NCBI GenBank assembly: GCA_037201605.1
Contig: JBBCGM010000003.1
Location: forward strand, 1-53,544
Reading direction: 5' to 3'
From: Candidatus Moraniibacteriota bacterium
GTDB lineage: Bacteria; Patescibacteriota; Minisyncoccia; Moranbacterales; UBA1568
Length of the DNA: 53,544 nt
Position numbers and translations under genes: made by a program. Under the pieces are notes generated by a model. That model did not search any database. It had not been told where the DNA came from and was given only the letters and a program-made list of their open reading frames with translations. Below, in pieces: positions 18,060-28,695 of this stretch (the stretch's first letter is position 1; every line of letters starts with the position of its first letter).

Positions 18060-18546
18060 ATGCAGTACCTTTTCAAGACCTTTTTGCTCGCTGCCATCGC
18101 GGCCGCCTCGTTCGGCGCACCGGCACTCGCACAGCAGTCGACCGTCTCGACCAGGCCGGATCGGCCGGTCAGCGCCGTGACGCGCGCCAACAGCCCGATC
18201 GCCATGACGCCGCTCGACAAGCTCTCGCCCCAGGCGCATTGCTCGTCGGCCGGCTGTCACCTCGGTTTCGAGGAGGACCCGTCCGTTTTCGACGGCGCGC
18301 TCCTCTGCATGTCCAACATCGACGGCAACTGGGCGGTACGCAGGGACGGCACCTTCGATGATGTCAATCCCCGAACGGGCCGCCGTCTGCGCCCCGATCG
18401 TGAATGGCACCGCGGCGGTCACCGGCCGGTTCTATCCCAACGCGACGCCGATCATCGCCAAGAAGACGGCGGACGGCAAGCTGGTCGCTATCGCCTGGGC
18501 CGGTCGTGACCGTCTGGTCGGACTGCCCGCCTACACCGGCCGCTAA
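18060..18546 (+). pseudogene. Small secreted protein, very high GC, unknown function, one frameshift
   Basis: Signal peptide MQYLFKTFLLAAIAAASFGAPALAQQ. The frame switches near 18360-18400 into ORF 18358-18546. Confidence 0.5.
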
Positions 18547-18561
18547 TCTTTCGGCGGTCTG

Positions 18562-18616
18562 ATCCGGTGGAGGGATTTGTATGCAATGCATGCGAATCTC
18601 TCCCGGATATTTTATA
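18562..18616. terminator. Long imperfect hairpin between convergent genes
   Basis: Arms ATCCGGTGGAGGGATT and AATCTCTCCCGGAT, followed by ATTTTATA on the + strand. Confidence 0.55.
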
Positions 18617-19986
18617 CCCAAAAATTTAGACACCCTTTTTTCTCTGCTCTGCGAGCGCGAGGAAAGAGCCGAGCAGGATGGAAAAAGAGCCATCCCACGG
18701 GCGTGTTTTTGAAAACGTTATCGGTAAGCGCTGATGCTTCGAGTGAGAGGAAGAGGAAGGAAGAGAAACCCGAAAGCCATTCGGAGCTGTGTATCAGGCT
18801 CGCGCAGGGCGCGTTTCCCGATGATCCAGGCAAGAGAGGCAAGATAGAGGAGAAAAGTAGCGAGACCGATAATGCCGCCTTCCACGAAGAACTTTACGAA
18901 ATCATTGTGCGGGTCGTTGGAGCCCAAGTTTTGTCCACGCAGGCTCTCAGAAACAAGGGGAAAAGTGTCCATCCCGCTTCCCAGAAGGGTGCGGCCATCC
19001 TGACGGGCCTTCAGGGTGACATCATGCCAGAGATTTTGACGCCAGACAATGGAGCTATCGGATTAGATCGGAAAGATTCCAAGACGCGGTCATGGAACGA
19101 GGCGGAGAAGAAAAGAGTACCAATGGCAGGAAAATGAGGGGAATAAGGAGTATGCGGTATCGGAGAAGAGCAAGCAAGAAACCAAACAGGAACAGCGCTA
19201 CCCAGGCACGCGCGCGAACGTCAGCAAGAGCATAATGAGCAATATGCCGAGAAAGATACTGAGGGTGAGGCGCTCGCTCCGCACTCGTGCGAAAGTGATC
19301 AGATACAAGAAGGCAAAGACGATGACGCAAAAGAGGTAGAGGCTGAAAATATTCGGGTGGCTGAAGGTACCGAAAATACGCGGAATGGAGACTGTTTCGT
19401 CACTGAAACCGATGCCGAAAAGCGTTTGGTAAAGACCGAAGAGAATGGGTAAAAGACTGGAGGCAAAAACCCCTGCGAGAAGCGTACGCGTATCTTCTCT
19501 GCTTTTGGTAAACGCATAGGCAAAAAATGAAAGAGTAAAGAGATCAAAAAGACGAAGAACTTCTCGCAGGGTGGTGCTGGCACTGATGGAGTAGAAAGCG
19601 GGTGGGTAAGTCCCCAGAGGATAATGAGTGCAAAGGGGAGAAGCAGGGGAAAAGAGAGCAGTTTGCGCCGCTGCCATAAGAGCGTTCCGACTCCTAAAAA
19701 GGCTACTGAAATGCCAACCAGCTGTGAGAGGGTGATGGAAATATCCTGGAAAGTGAACTGGAAAAATTCCGAAGAGTAATCGAGTGCCATGCGCACTACG
19801 ATCAAGAGTGCCAAGAGAAAAAGAGGTCGCGCGGCAAAAACAGTAACCGCAACTACCCCAAGTCCTGCTACGATGGGTATCACGATAGAGAAATGTAAGG
19901 CGACGAGAGGGCAAGGGTGGCGAGAAAAATGAGCCCTGCGCCTAGAGTCCAAAGATGTGTCGAGGAATCAGTGTGGTTTGTGCCAT
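18612..19986 (-). pseudogene. O-antigen ligase/polymerase family (Wzy_C-like) membrane protein, multiple frameshifts
   Basis: Polytopic protein with RIFGTFSHPNIFSLYL and HNDFVKFFVEGGIIGL motifs. Spread over at least 4 ORF fragments. Confidence 0.65.
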
Positions 19987-20630
19987 ACGATAGTGTAGGT
20001 CATAGGAAAACCCCAGAAGCGTTCGGTGGAGAGAGTATAGTCTTCAATGCCTGTGCTTTTGAGAAGGGTAAGGAGATCTTTTTTTACCGAGAAGCGTCAT
20101 ATAGCCATTAGTGGCCCAGCCCTTGCCGATCACCCGAAGCACACCATCAAGCCATTTCTGCGGCAAGAGAAGGTGAAGGAGAGGTAGGCGTGTATGCACT
20201 TCTATGGGGAAATATTTGTTTGGAGTAGTCAGATAGCCGCGCCGGGCTACTCGGTAGAGTTCGCTTAAAAACCGTTCCTGATCGTCTCTCGCCCCTACGT
20301 GCTCGATGACGGCATTCGAATAGCTTATATCGAAAGCGTTGTCGTCAAATGGCAGCTGTGTGCCATCGCCGCGTACATACGAATCTGCGGATAGCGTTTC
20401 GCGAGTTCTGAAGGGTCGTCGAGTGTCAGCACCGTGAGTTTCTCGGGATAGGCATAGTGTTTCTCTAGGTAATTATCGGTTTCGGAATACTCCGTTCCAT
20501 TGGCACCGACATCCAGCAGGGTTTCCTGGGGCTGAGGATTAATGGCAGCTAAAAAGGCGGCATATTTACGCGTGCGATTCCTGGCAGAAACGGCATAGGC
20601 CAAGCGCTCGGGAGCCGAAGGTCTTTTCAT
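19968..20630 (-). pseudogene. Class I SAM-dependent methyltransferase, frameshifted
   Basis: LLDVGANG SAM-binding motif. The C-terminus can be rebuilt after the T7 run at 20079-20085. The 3' end overlaps the ligase start. Confidence 0.65.
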
Positions 20631-20676
20631 AACGATAGGGATATAGGTTATAGTAACACAGGAGGCAGCTACTCGT

Positions 20677-21897
20677 ATGCGCATTTTGCTGTCAATAAAT
20701 ACCATTATCTGCGGGGCGGCGCTGAACGCGCCTATTTTGACATGGCTGAAATCCTCATTCAGGCCGGCCACGAAGTAGCGTTTTTTGCCATGGAGCATCC
20801 GGAAAATCTAGAGACTCCTTGGGCTAAATATTTCGTTTCTCACGTCGAATACCGGGCCGGCAAACCCTCTCTCTTTCAGCGTGTCCGTCTTGCTCTCCGT
20901 ATCCTTATAATTGTGAAGCAGCCAGGAAACTCAGTACTCTTATCGACGAGTTCCAGCCCGATGTCGCACACCTGCATAATATCTACCATCAGCTTTCACC
21001 GTCAGTCATTACGGTACTTGCCAAACGTGACGTGACCATGGCAATGACACTCATGACTATAAGCTGGTTTCGCCCAACTATACTCTTTTCGTACGGGGAC
21101 AAATTTGGGAACATACTTCGGCACTACGCTGCATCCGTGATCTGTGCGTCGGCAACTCTTATACTGAAAGTCTCGTGTGCGGACTCGAAAAGGTGCTGCA
21201 TCGCTTGATGGGTACCTATGGCAAAGTAGGCGTCTTCTTTGCACCGAGCCGGCTTTTTGGAGCACAAGTTCCGTGAACTCGGTTTTCATTTTCCAGAACG
21301 CCTCCGCTATCTGCCGAATCCGCTCCTTTCTATACCACAGCCGGCGCTTGAGCAAGGGCTCCGGAGCGGTTTTCTCTTTTTCGGTCGCCTTTCGCCAGAA
21401 AAGGGTGCGCAGCTTCTGATTGAAGCTTTTCGGGATTTGCCCGGAACGGAATCGCTCTTTATTGCCGGCACAGGACCCCAAGAAGCGGAGCTGAAACAGT
21501 GGTAGAACAGGAGAATTTGGGGGAGCGTATTATTTTCTTTGGGGCACTTGGATCAGGCGGAGCTTGCCAAGTATCGCCAATCTGTCCGCGCCGTGGTATT
21601 GCCCTCGCTCTGGTATGAAAATCTCCCCTAGCCCTTACAGAAAGCTTGGCTGCGGGAACGATAGTGATCGCCTCTCGCGCAGGCGGTATTACCGAACGCA
21701 TCCGGCATGGCGAGAATGGCTTTCTTTTTCCTCTCGGGGATAGGGAGGCACTTACGGAGGTGATGGCTCGCGTGCTCGAAATGCCAGAAGGAGAACTTGA
21801 AGCGGTGCGTGAGAAAGCGCAAGTAAGTGTCAGGGATCTGAATCCAAACTCTTTTATTCGAGAATTGCTCGCCAATTACCAGACGCTTGGCTTATAA
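20677..21897 (+). pseudogene. GT4 (group 1) glycosyltransferase, copy 1, many frameshifts
   Basis: AGGAGG RBS. N-terminus MRILLSINT... and C-terminus ESLAAGTIVIASRAGGITERIRHGENGFLF (E-x7-E region). Confidence 0.7.
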
Positions 21898-21987
21898 TGA
21901 AAAATCTTGACAAAATAGTGTCTACATGGCAAAGTAATCCGTTGTCTTTAAAAATAATGATGACAAGGTTCTTTGTAGGAGGAAGTC

Positions 21988-22632
21988 ATGAAGCTATGGG
22001 TAAAGCACTGCTGTGCCGCATTCGCTTTGGCAGGGTCCTCTGTCACTCAGGCGGCCCAAGAAAAAGCAGAGCAAGAACCAGAGAGACCCTATCAGCTGCT
22101 GGCCTATGAGAGGGGTTTTTTTCTTGCCAGTAGTGGCAGTACCACGACCAGAGACAGAGTTCCAAGCTTTCTTTTCTGGAAGGCAGGGGGGATTTCTTTC
22201 CGTTAGCTTTTCTCGGGGACTGGAAACAGCCGCAGGGACATACTCAGGGTGGCAGGTATGGGTATCGGCTATCAAAAGTCCTTGTGGCAAGGATTTCGTT
22301 TGAAAACCCGTATAGGTATCGGGCCGATGGTCCATCGAGAGCGTACTCGGCACGGCTCGCCGTACAGTTTCTTTCTGGAGGCCTCTCTTGAAAAGCCCCT
22401 TAATGATGTTTTTTCTTTGAGTCTTGGGTTGGTACACCTTTCCAATGGCGCGGGACCTATTAAGATTCCGCTCTTCGGAGGAAAGTTTCCTAATATGGGC
22501 GAAGACTTTCTGGTGCCGCAGATCACCGTGGATCTGGGTGCGATCATACGGAAGGAACGTACGGGAGTGCGAAAACGACAAATCACAGGCCGTAGACTGA
22601 CTGCTCATAACCTTCAGCGCACAAAATCTTAG
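21988..22632 (+). pseudogene. PagL-like acyloxyacyl hydrolase / lipid A deacylase family beta-barrel, frameshifted
   Basis: Signal peptide MKLWVKHCCAAFALAGSSVTQA and family-like LGLVHLSNGAG...FPNMGEDFL (H-x-S-N-G) motif. Confidence 0.5.
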
Positions 22633-22670
22633 GGGCTCCGGAAATATCCTTTCGGAGCCCTTTTATATTT

Positions 22671-24769
22671 TTAAAGGCTGAGGCGAGCATCTACGGCAAG
22701 CGCGGGTATGCCGCCGGGGTAGACCAGGAGGGGATTGAGATCCAGTTCGCTGATCTGGGGAAAGTCGGTAGCAAGCTGTGACAATCTGCCGAGGGCTTCT
22801 AGGAGCGCGTTTTCATCTACTGCCTGTTTGCCGCGGGCGCCGGAGAGAAGAGCGAAGCTTTTGAGTTCATGGAGCATTTCACGCGCATCTTCTTGGGGTA
22901 AGGGGCGCAAAACGCATAGCCACATCTTGAAAGGTTTCCACATAGATACCGCCGAGGCCCACCAGCACTACCTTGCCCAAGCCGGGTTCGTCTTTGAGTC
23001 CGAATATGAGCTCATAACCCGAAGTGAGGTGCCATTTCGGCCAAAACGACGCCCTCGAGCCTGGCTTTGGGGGCTTTTTGATGTACGTCTTTCAGAAGCT
23101 GCTTGTATTCGGCTGCCAGAGTCTCAGGAGTCACTCCCAGTCGAACGCCGCCCACGTCTGACTTGTGGACGATATCGGGTTGATACGATTTTGAGTGCAA
23201 AGGGGCCTGTAAAAGACTCTGCGGCGCGGAGAGCTGCATCAAGGGTTTGAGCCAGTACCGTTTGCGGGAAACGGAAACCGTAGGCTTCAAGCACTTGGCG
23301 CGCGTCGTCCTCACTGAGACGCTCGCCTAACGGTTTGTCCTCAAGTATTTTCTGAACGGCTTTCTTATCAGTATTCAAATCAAAAAATGTTTCTGCGAGA
23401 TTTTCGGGCTTTTGGAATTCGGCGATGCGGAGCGCTGAACCGAAAGCGGCACTGGCGTTCTCTGCATACCGGAAACAAGAGACTCCATTTTGTCCCAAGA
23501 GAGTCTGCGCTTCTTCAAAAGCATTGTCTCCCGAAAGGACCACTGCGAGCGGTTTCTTTGGACTGTTTGCGGAATGCAATGAGGGCTTCAGCCGTACCAA
23601 GCGCATCGGTCATGGATTGAGGAGTCAAGATAACAAGGAAGAGGTCGGCCTCGTCAGAAGATCCCAGGATTTCGAGCGCATCGCGGTAGCGCTCTTTCGG
23701 TGCATCTCCCAGGAGATCAATGGGATTAAGAGCGCTTGCGGCTCCCGGCAAAATAGATTTGAGTTTCGTTTGGAGGGCTTCGGAAAAAGCTGCTACTTCG
23801 AGTCCCTGCTTGGCCAAGCAGTCTGTGGCGAGCACGCCTACGCCACCAGCGTTGGTAATGATAGCAACACGCTTGCCCTGGGGCAGGGGGGTTATCCTGG
23901 AAGAAGGCGAGGAGGTCGCGCAATTCTTCGAAACTGTCGGTTTGATGAATTCGAGCTTGCGTGAAAAGGGCCCTGTAGGCTGCGCTGCTTCCGGCAAGCG
24001 AGCCCGTGTGTGAGTTGGATGCCCGTGTGCCGGCCGCGGTGTCACCTCCCCTTTAAGACGATCACGGGTTTGCCGCTCTTTGCTGCTCTTCTGCCTGCCG
24101 CACGCAGCCCGCTGCCATCCACGATGTCTTCGGAATAGAAAGTAAATAGTTTTTGTCTGTGGGTCATCGATCAAATAATCGATGAGCAGGCGTTCCTCAA
24201 TGAGCGCTTTATTGCCAGTACTGACAAAAAGGGAAAAACCGAGACTGTCTCCGGCGATATCGAGGAGTGCCGTACAAAGCGCTCCGCTTTGGGAAAGGAA
24301 CGCAGCCGAACCTGTTTTCGGCATACGCGGGGCGAAGGAGGCGTTGAGAGATTGGAAGGGGGTTCAGAAAGCCAAGGACAGTTGGGGACCCAGGAGCGCC
24401 AGATCACCTGTGTTTGCGATTTCGATCAGCTCCATCTCCCGTGCTGCACCATCTGGCCCGCTTTCTTTGAAACCTGATGAGACTACTACTACAGACCGTA
24501 CTTTTTTCTCGACGCCACTCTCTCAGGACGCTTGGAACTGCCACGGCCGGGATGGCGATGATGGCGAGATCTACTATTTCCGGGATATCCTTAACCGAAG
24601 GGTAGCAGGTAAGTCCTAGGAGTTCCCGAGTTTTCGGGTTCACCGGGTAGAGGCTGCCAGAAAATCCTGCCTGGAGGTTTTTGACGAGGTCGTTTCCGAC
24701 GCTTCCCTCCCTCTCGGAAGCGCCAATAATAGCGATCGAGGTAGGCTCGAAAAGGGGTTTAAAATCCAT
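22671..24769 (-). pseudogene. Acetate-CoA ligase (ADP-forming), fused alpha/beta, many frameshifts
   Basis: N-terminal CoA-binding FEPTSIAIIGASEREGSVGNDLVKNL...YPVNPK. ATP-grasp C-terminus (IVHKSDVGGVRLGV). Confidence 0.75.
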
Positions 24770-24835
24770 AGGAATGTTGTTTTTGTAGCTTTTTTCGAGG
24801 CTTATATAAGCCCTTTTCCTATAGTATACCAGGCA

Positions 24836-24865
24836 TTGACAAAAATGGAAAAAATTTGCTATGCT
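24836..24865 (+). promoter_or_regulatory. Sigma70-like promoter
   Basis: TTGACA, 18-nt spacer, TATGCT. Confidence 0.5.
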
Positions 24866-24896
24866 CATAGGTCAATAATTTGTGAAGTTACTCGCT

Positions 24897-25792
24897 ATGC
24901 CTCAGTATTCTTTTCGGTCTTCTTCGTGGCTTTTCTATATGCTGGCACTTGCAATTCTGGTAGGAGGCCCCCTTTTGGCGTTTGGTTCCGGGAAAACCCT
25001 CTACGTAGACCAGGATGCCTCCGGTAAGGAGGACGGGTTCCTCTGCTCATCCCTACCATAAGATCGAGAAGGCTTTGGATAAGGCCAAGAATGGCACTAC
25101 GGTCATCGTAAAGAAGGGGAAGTACAAAGAGAACGTAACGGTACCGGCAAATGTTAAGCTGGTAGGTGCGGACCGCGAAGATGTCGTGATCGATGGTGAT
25201 AACGACAAGCCGACGGTTACATTGCACGATAACACCGAGCTTTCCACGCTCACTGTCACTGACGGAAAGCGTGGCGTCCAGGTGGACAACGACGCGAAGA
25301 CCCACATTTACAATGTGACGGTCAAGTCAAGCGAAGGTGACGGTATCTATTTGGAGGCTGCCGCCGCGTGATAAAAGTCACCGAGCTCTTCTCGATAATG
25401 TGTGGGTAAAGGAGAGCGGCCGAGCCGGCCTGTACGCTGAAAAGCGTCAGGTGGATATTGTGAAAAGCACTTTCGAAAAAAACGACACGGACGGCATTCT
25501 CTTTGCTGCGGGCGTCAAAGCTTCTGTTGAGAAGACGCGTCTGCACGACAATCGCGGTACCGGCATGGTGGTAACCGTTGATGGTTCCAGTATCTGGACC
25601 AAAAATAACAGTGTTCGTTACAACCGCCGTGAGGGCTATGAAGTGAACGCCTACGGCGCGGCTGGAAATTTCGGGATCCGCCAGGGGCTCAATCGTGGGG
25701 AACGCTCGCTACGGCGTGGCCCGTATTGCCCGTACGCCTCAGGCTGTAAGAATTTCGGCAATTTTGTTCTACCAGAATGGTGGCGGCAATAA
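24897..25792 (+). pseudogene. Secreted right-handed beta-helix repeat protein (pectate-lyase/NosD-like), frameshifted
   Basis: N-terminal TM/signal, GSSAHPYHKIEKALDKAKNGTTVIVKKGKY, then repeated beta-helix turns. The 3' end is uncertain. Confidence 0.6.
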
Positions 25793-25872
25793 GATCTATA
25801 CCGACAAAAATCAAAAGGGAATTATCTCTGACATTCTTCGGCTCTTCCTAATTCGGCGTTTTCCTTCAATCT

Positions 25873-27044
25873 ATGAAGATCGCTTTCATCGGACAAAAAG
25901 GCATGCCGGCGCGTTCTGGCGGCGTGGAGAAGCACGTTGAGAATTTGGCAGTGCGTATGGCTGCCCTCGGTCACGAAGTGACCGTCTATTCTCGCACCGG
26001 CTTGGGCTCCGTCGACGAAACCTATCGTGGTGTGCGCATCTTTTTGGTCCCTATCATTGAGACCAAGTACTGGGCGGCCTTGAGTCAGTCGTTTTTTGGC
26101 GACGCTGCACGCGACTTTCCTCGGACGTTACGACGTTATCCATTACCACTCCATTGGCCCAAGCGTCTTCTCGATCATTCCGCGTCTGTTCCGTCCCGGG
26201 ACACGCGTTATCGCTACCTTTCATAGCCGTGACTACTTTCATAAAAAGTGGGGTATTTTGGCCCGCTTTGCTTTGCGTTTGGCCGAATGGGTTACCTGTG
26301 CGGTGCCGGAGGAAAACGATCGTCATCAGCAAGACGCTCGCTCGGTATGCGCGCGATCAGTATGGCCGTGAGTTTGTGATGATTCCGAATGGGGCAGAAG
26401 TCCGGCGTGAAGAGCGTGCAGAGGTGCTCCTGGAGATGGGTCTGCGTCCCGGTCGCTACATGCTTTCGGTGTGCCGTCTGGTGCGTCACAAGGGAGTCCA
26501 CTATGCCATTAAGGCTTTTCAGGAACTGGAAGCGCTCGGAAAACTTCCGAATAATTTTAAACTCGCTATTGTCGGCGACTCGGCATACAGCGAAGAATAT
26601 GTCGACTATTTGAAGGCACTCTCTGCTGGAAATCCCAACATCGTGTTTTTAGGAGAGCAGCACGGCATCCAACTCGATGCGCTCTATACGCATGCCGCGT
26701 TTTTTCTCCAAACCTCTGAAGACGAGGGGTTGTCACTGGCTCTGCTTGAAGCCATGGGACACGGCCTGCTTTCTTTGGTTTCCGATATTCCTGCCAATCT
26801 CGAGGCCATCGGTACCGATGCCGGCGTGAGCTTCTCCAGCAAGGATGTCGAGGCGCTGAAAGAAAGGATGGCGTATTTTGTCAATCGCCCTGATGAAGCC
26901 AAAGCAATCGGTGAAAAAGCTATGGCGCGTGCCGAGGAAACCTATAGTTGGGATGCCATCACTGCGCGGACACTCGCTGTTTACGAAGAGACTCTCCAGA
27001 TGGAGGCGAGCGGCGCGTGTGTGTTAACGGTCCGTCTTAAGTAA
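25873..27044 (+). pseudogene. GT4 glycosyltransferase, copy 2, two frameshifts
   Basis: MKIAFIGQKGMPARSGGVEKHVENLA at the N-terminus and TSEDEGLSLALLEAMGHG at the C-terminus. Confidence 0.8.
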
Positions 27045-28015
27045 TGTCCGCTATGCTGCGCCTCTCCTCTTTTCAAAAAATCTTTGTCGTCACGCTCGTA
27101 TTCGTCACGGCGGCGAGTTTTTTGTTTTGGCTTGATTTCTTTCGGGCGTCCTCTGCCCGCTTAGAAATTCTGGTGCTGCCGAAAACGCAAATGGAGGAGG
27201 GCCGCCGAACGGCTCACTCGCCTATCTTTTCGGGGACGCTCCGCTTCTATGATCGCTTGCTGGAAACGCATGAAGAGATTACTGATGCGTCAGCAGGCCG
27301 CCAAGCGGATGACCGCAAGGCCTTTTGGCAGAATCGTGTGCAGGCGAGAGCGCAGCAGGGAAATGCTGTGTCCGTTACTTTTTTGGCTTCCAGCGAGGAA
27401 GAAGCGCGCGCTTTATCCCGCGCCTATTTCCAAACCCTTTTGGGACAGGCAAGCCTGTATTACAATCTCAAGACTCAGGTGGATATCCGGGCTGTGGATG
27501 GCCCCATCGTGGCTCCTCGTGTTGCTAATCCGTTTGGCTACATCACTCTCTCGCTTTTTTCGGGCATCGCTGTTACAAGCCTCTTTTTCCTGATTCTTCG
27601 TCTCTTCTTCGGCGTTGGCCGTCCTTTTCCACGCCATGGGGCCGAAAGCGATCTGCCGATCGGGAAATCCGTACCCTGGTTGCGGCCTGCCCATTTCACA
27701 CCCTCTCCGTCGGCTTCTTTGGCCTACAAATCCGAAGAAAGCACACCTGAAAAACCCCTTGTTTCAAACACTTTTGATCAGGTGCTTTCTTCTGTCGAGC
27801 CTCATATTTCCAAGTTGGATACGGCGAGTGCTCCAGCCAACCTGCCGGTCGTAGACGAAGTCCCAGCCTTCCTTTTTGGCGATGGCAAACCCTCTCCGGA
27901 ACCGGTACCTGAACAGAAAGAAGAAATACTGCTGAGTGAAGGTTCTGCGGGTGAGCCTACCGTTGAAGAATACAAGCGTCGTCTGAACCAGCTCTTGCGA
28001 GGACAGTCTTTATAA
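27044..28015 (+). CDS. Wzz-like chain-length determinant (copy 2) with a long Pro/Glu-rich C-terminal tail
   Basis: Intact 323-aa ORF with two TM segments flanking a soluble domain. Its start overlaps the GT4 stop. Confidence 0.55.
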   Translation: MSAMLRLSSFQKIFVVTLVFVTAASFLFWLDFFRASSARLEILVLPKTQMEEGRRTAHSPIFSGTLRFYDRLLETHEEITDASAGRQADDRKAFWQNRVQARAQQGNAVSVTFLASSEEEARALSRAYFQTLLGQASLYYNLKTQVDIRAVDGPIVAPRVANPFGYITLSLFSGIAVTSLFFLILRLFFGVGRPFPRHGAESDLPIGKSVPWLRPAHFTPSPSASLAYKSEESTPEKPLVSNTFDQVLSSVEPHISKLDTASAPANLPVVDEVPAFLFGDGKPSPEPVPEQKEEILLSEGSAGEPTVEEYKRRLNQLLRGQSL

Positions 28016-28029
28016 CGCATAGTTTTCAT

Positions 28030-28691
28030 ATGGAGGGAAACACGCAGAAACGCCGTACCTGGCTTTGGATTGTGGGTGGAATAGTGGTGAGCGTATTTGT
28101 GGTAAGCTGGAATTCTGTTCTGGCAGATCCGGGCTGGGCATTTTACTTCTTTGGCACGTTTGTTTGGTTTATTGCCGGTGAGTCAAGAAACGCGAACCGA
28201 TCTCGATACCGTGTTGGAGCTCGCGGAAGCCGTTTACAATACTACGCAATACGCAGGCGGCGCTCAGCATCCTTACTTCCGTTACGGATGTGCTCAAATA
28301 TTTTCTCATTACCATTGCTTCCCTTTCTCTTCTGGTCGGGGGCATCGGTATCATGAATTCGATGCTTATTGCGGTCTCTCAGCGTATCCGAGAAATCGGC
28401 CTGCGTAAGGCCGTCGGAGCCCGTTCCCGCGATATCGTGCGCCAATTCCTGATCGAATCGGTTTTCGTGACGCTTATCGGCGGTATTCTTGGCATGCTTT
28501 GCGGAGCGCTTTTGACCTATGTGGCAAGCATTATTATCAGGGCGCTCGGCTACGAGTGGCAGTTCTTCGTTCCGCTCGCCTCTCTCTTGTTAGGTTTTTC
28601 AGTCTCTGTTTCTATTGGTATCCTCTTTGGCCTGTACCCGGCGTTCAAAGCAGCTCGCGTGAGCGCAATGGAAGCTCTGCGTTACGAATAA
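28030..28691 (+). pseudogene. Remnant: short 2-TM head joined to the C-terminal third of an FtsX/MacB-type permease
   Basis: From about 28180 the reading (...LKYFLITIASLSLLVGGIGIMNSMLIAVSQRIREIGLRKAVGA...MEALRYE) aligns with the C-terminus of the next gene. TM1 and the periplasmic domain are absent. Confidence 0.6.
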
Positions 28692-28695
28692 TTCT

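Noticed and set aside
21907-21935. Promoter for the PagL-like gene at TTGACA 21907
   Set aside because: The -35 is perfect, but no acceptable -10 hexamer lies 16-19 nt downstream (AAAGTA/GTAATC). It is left unannotated.
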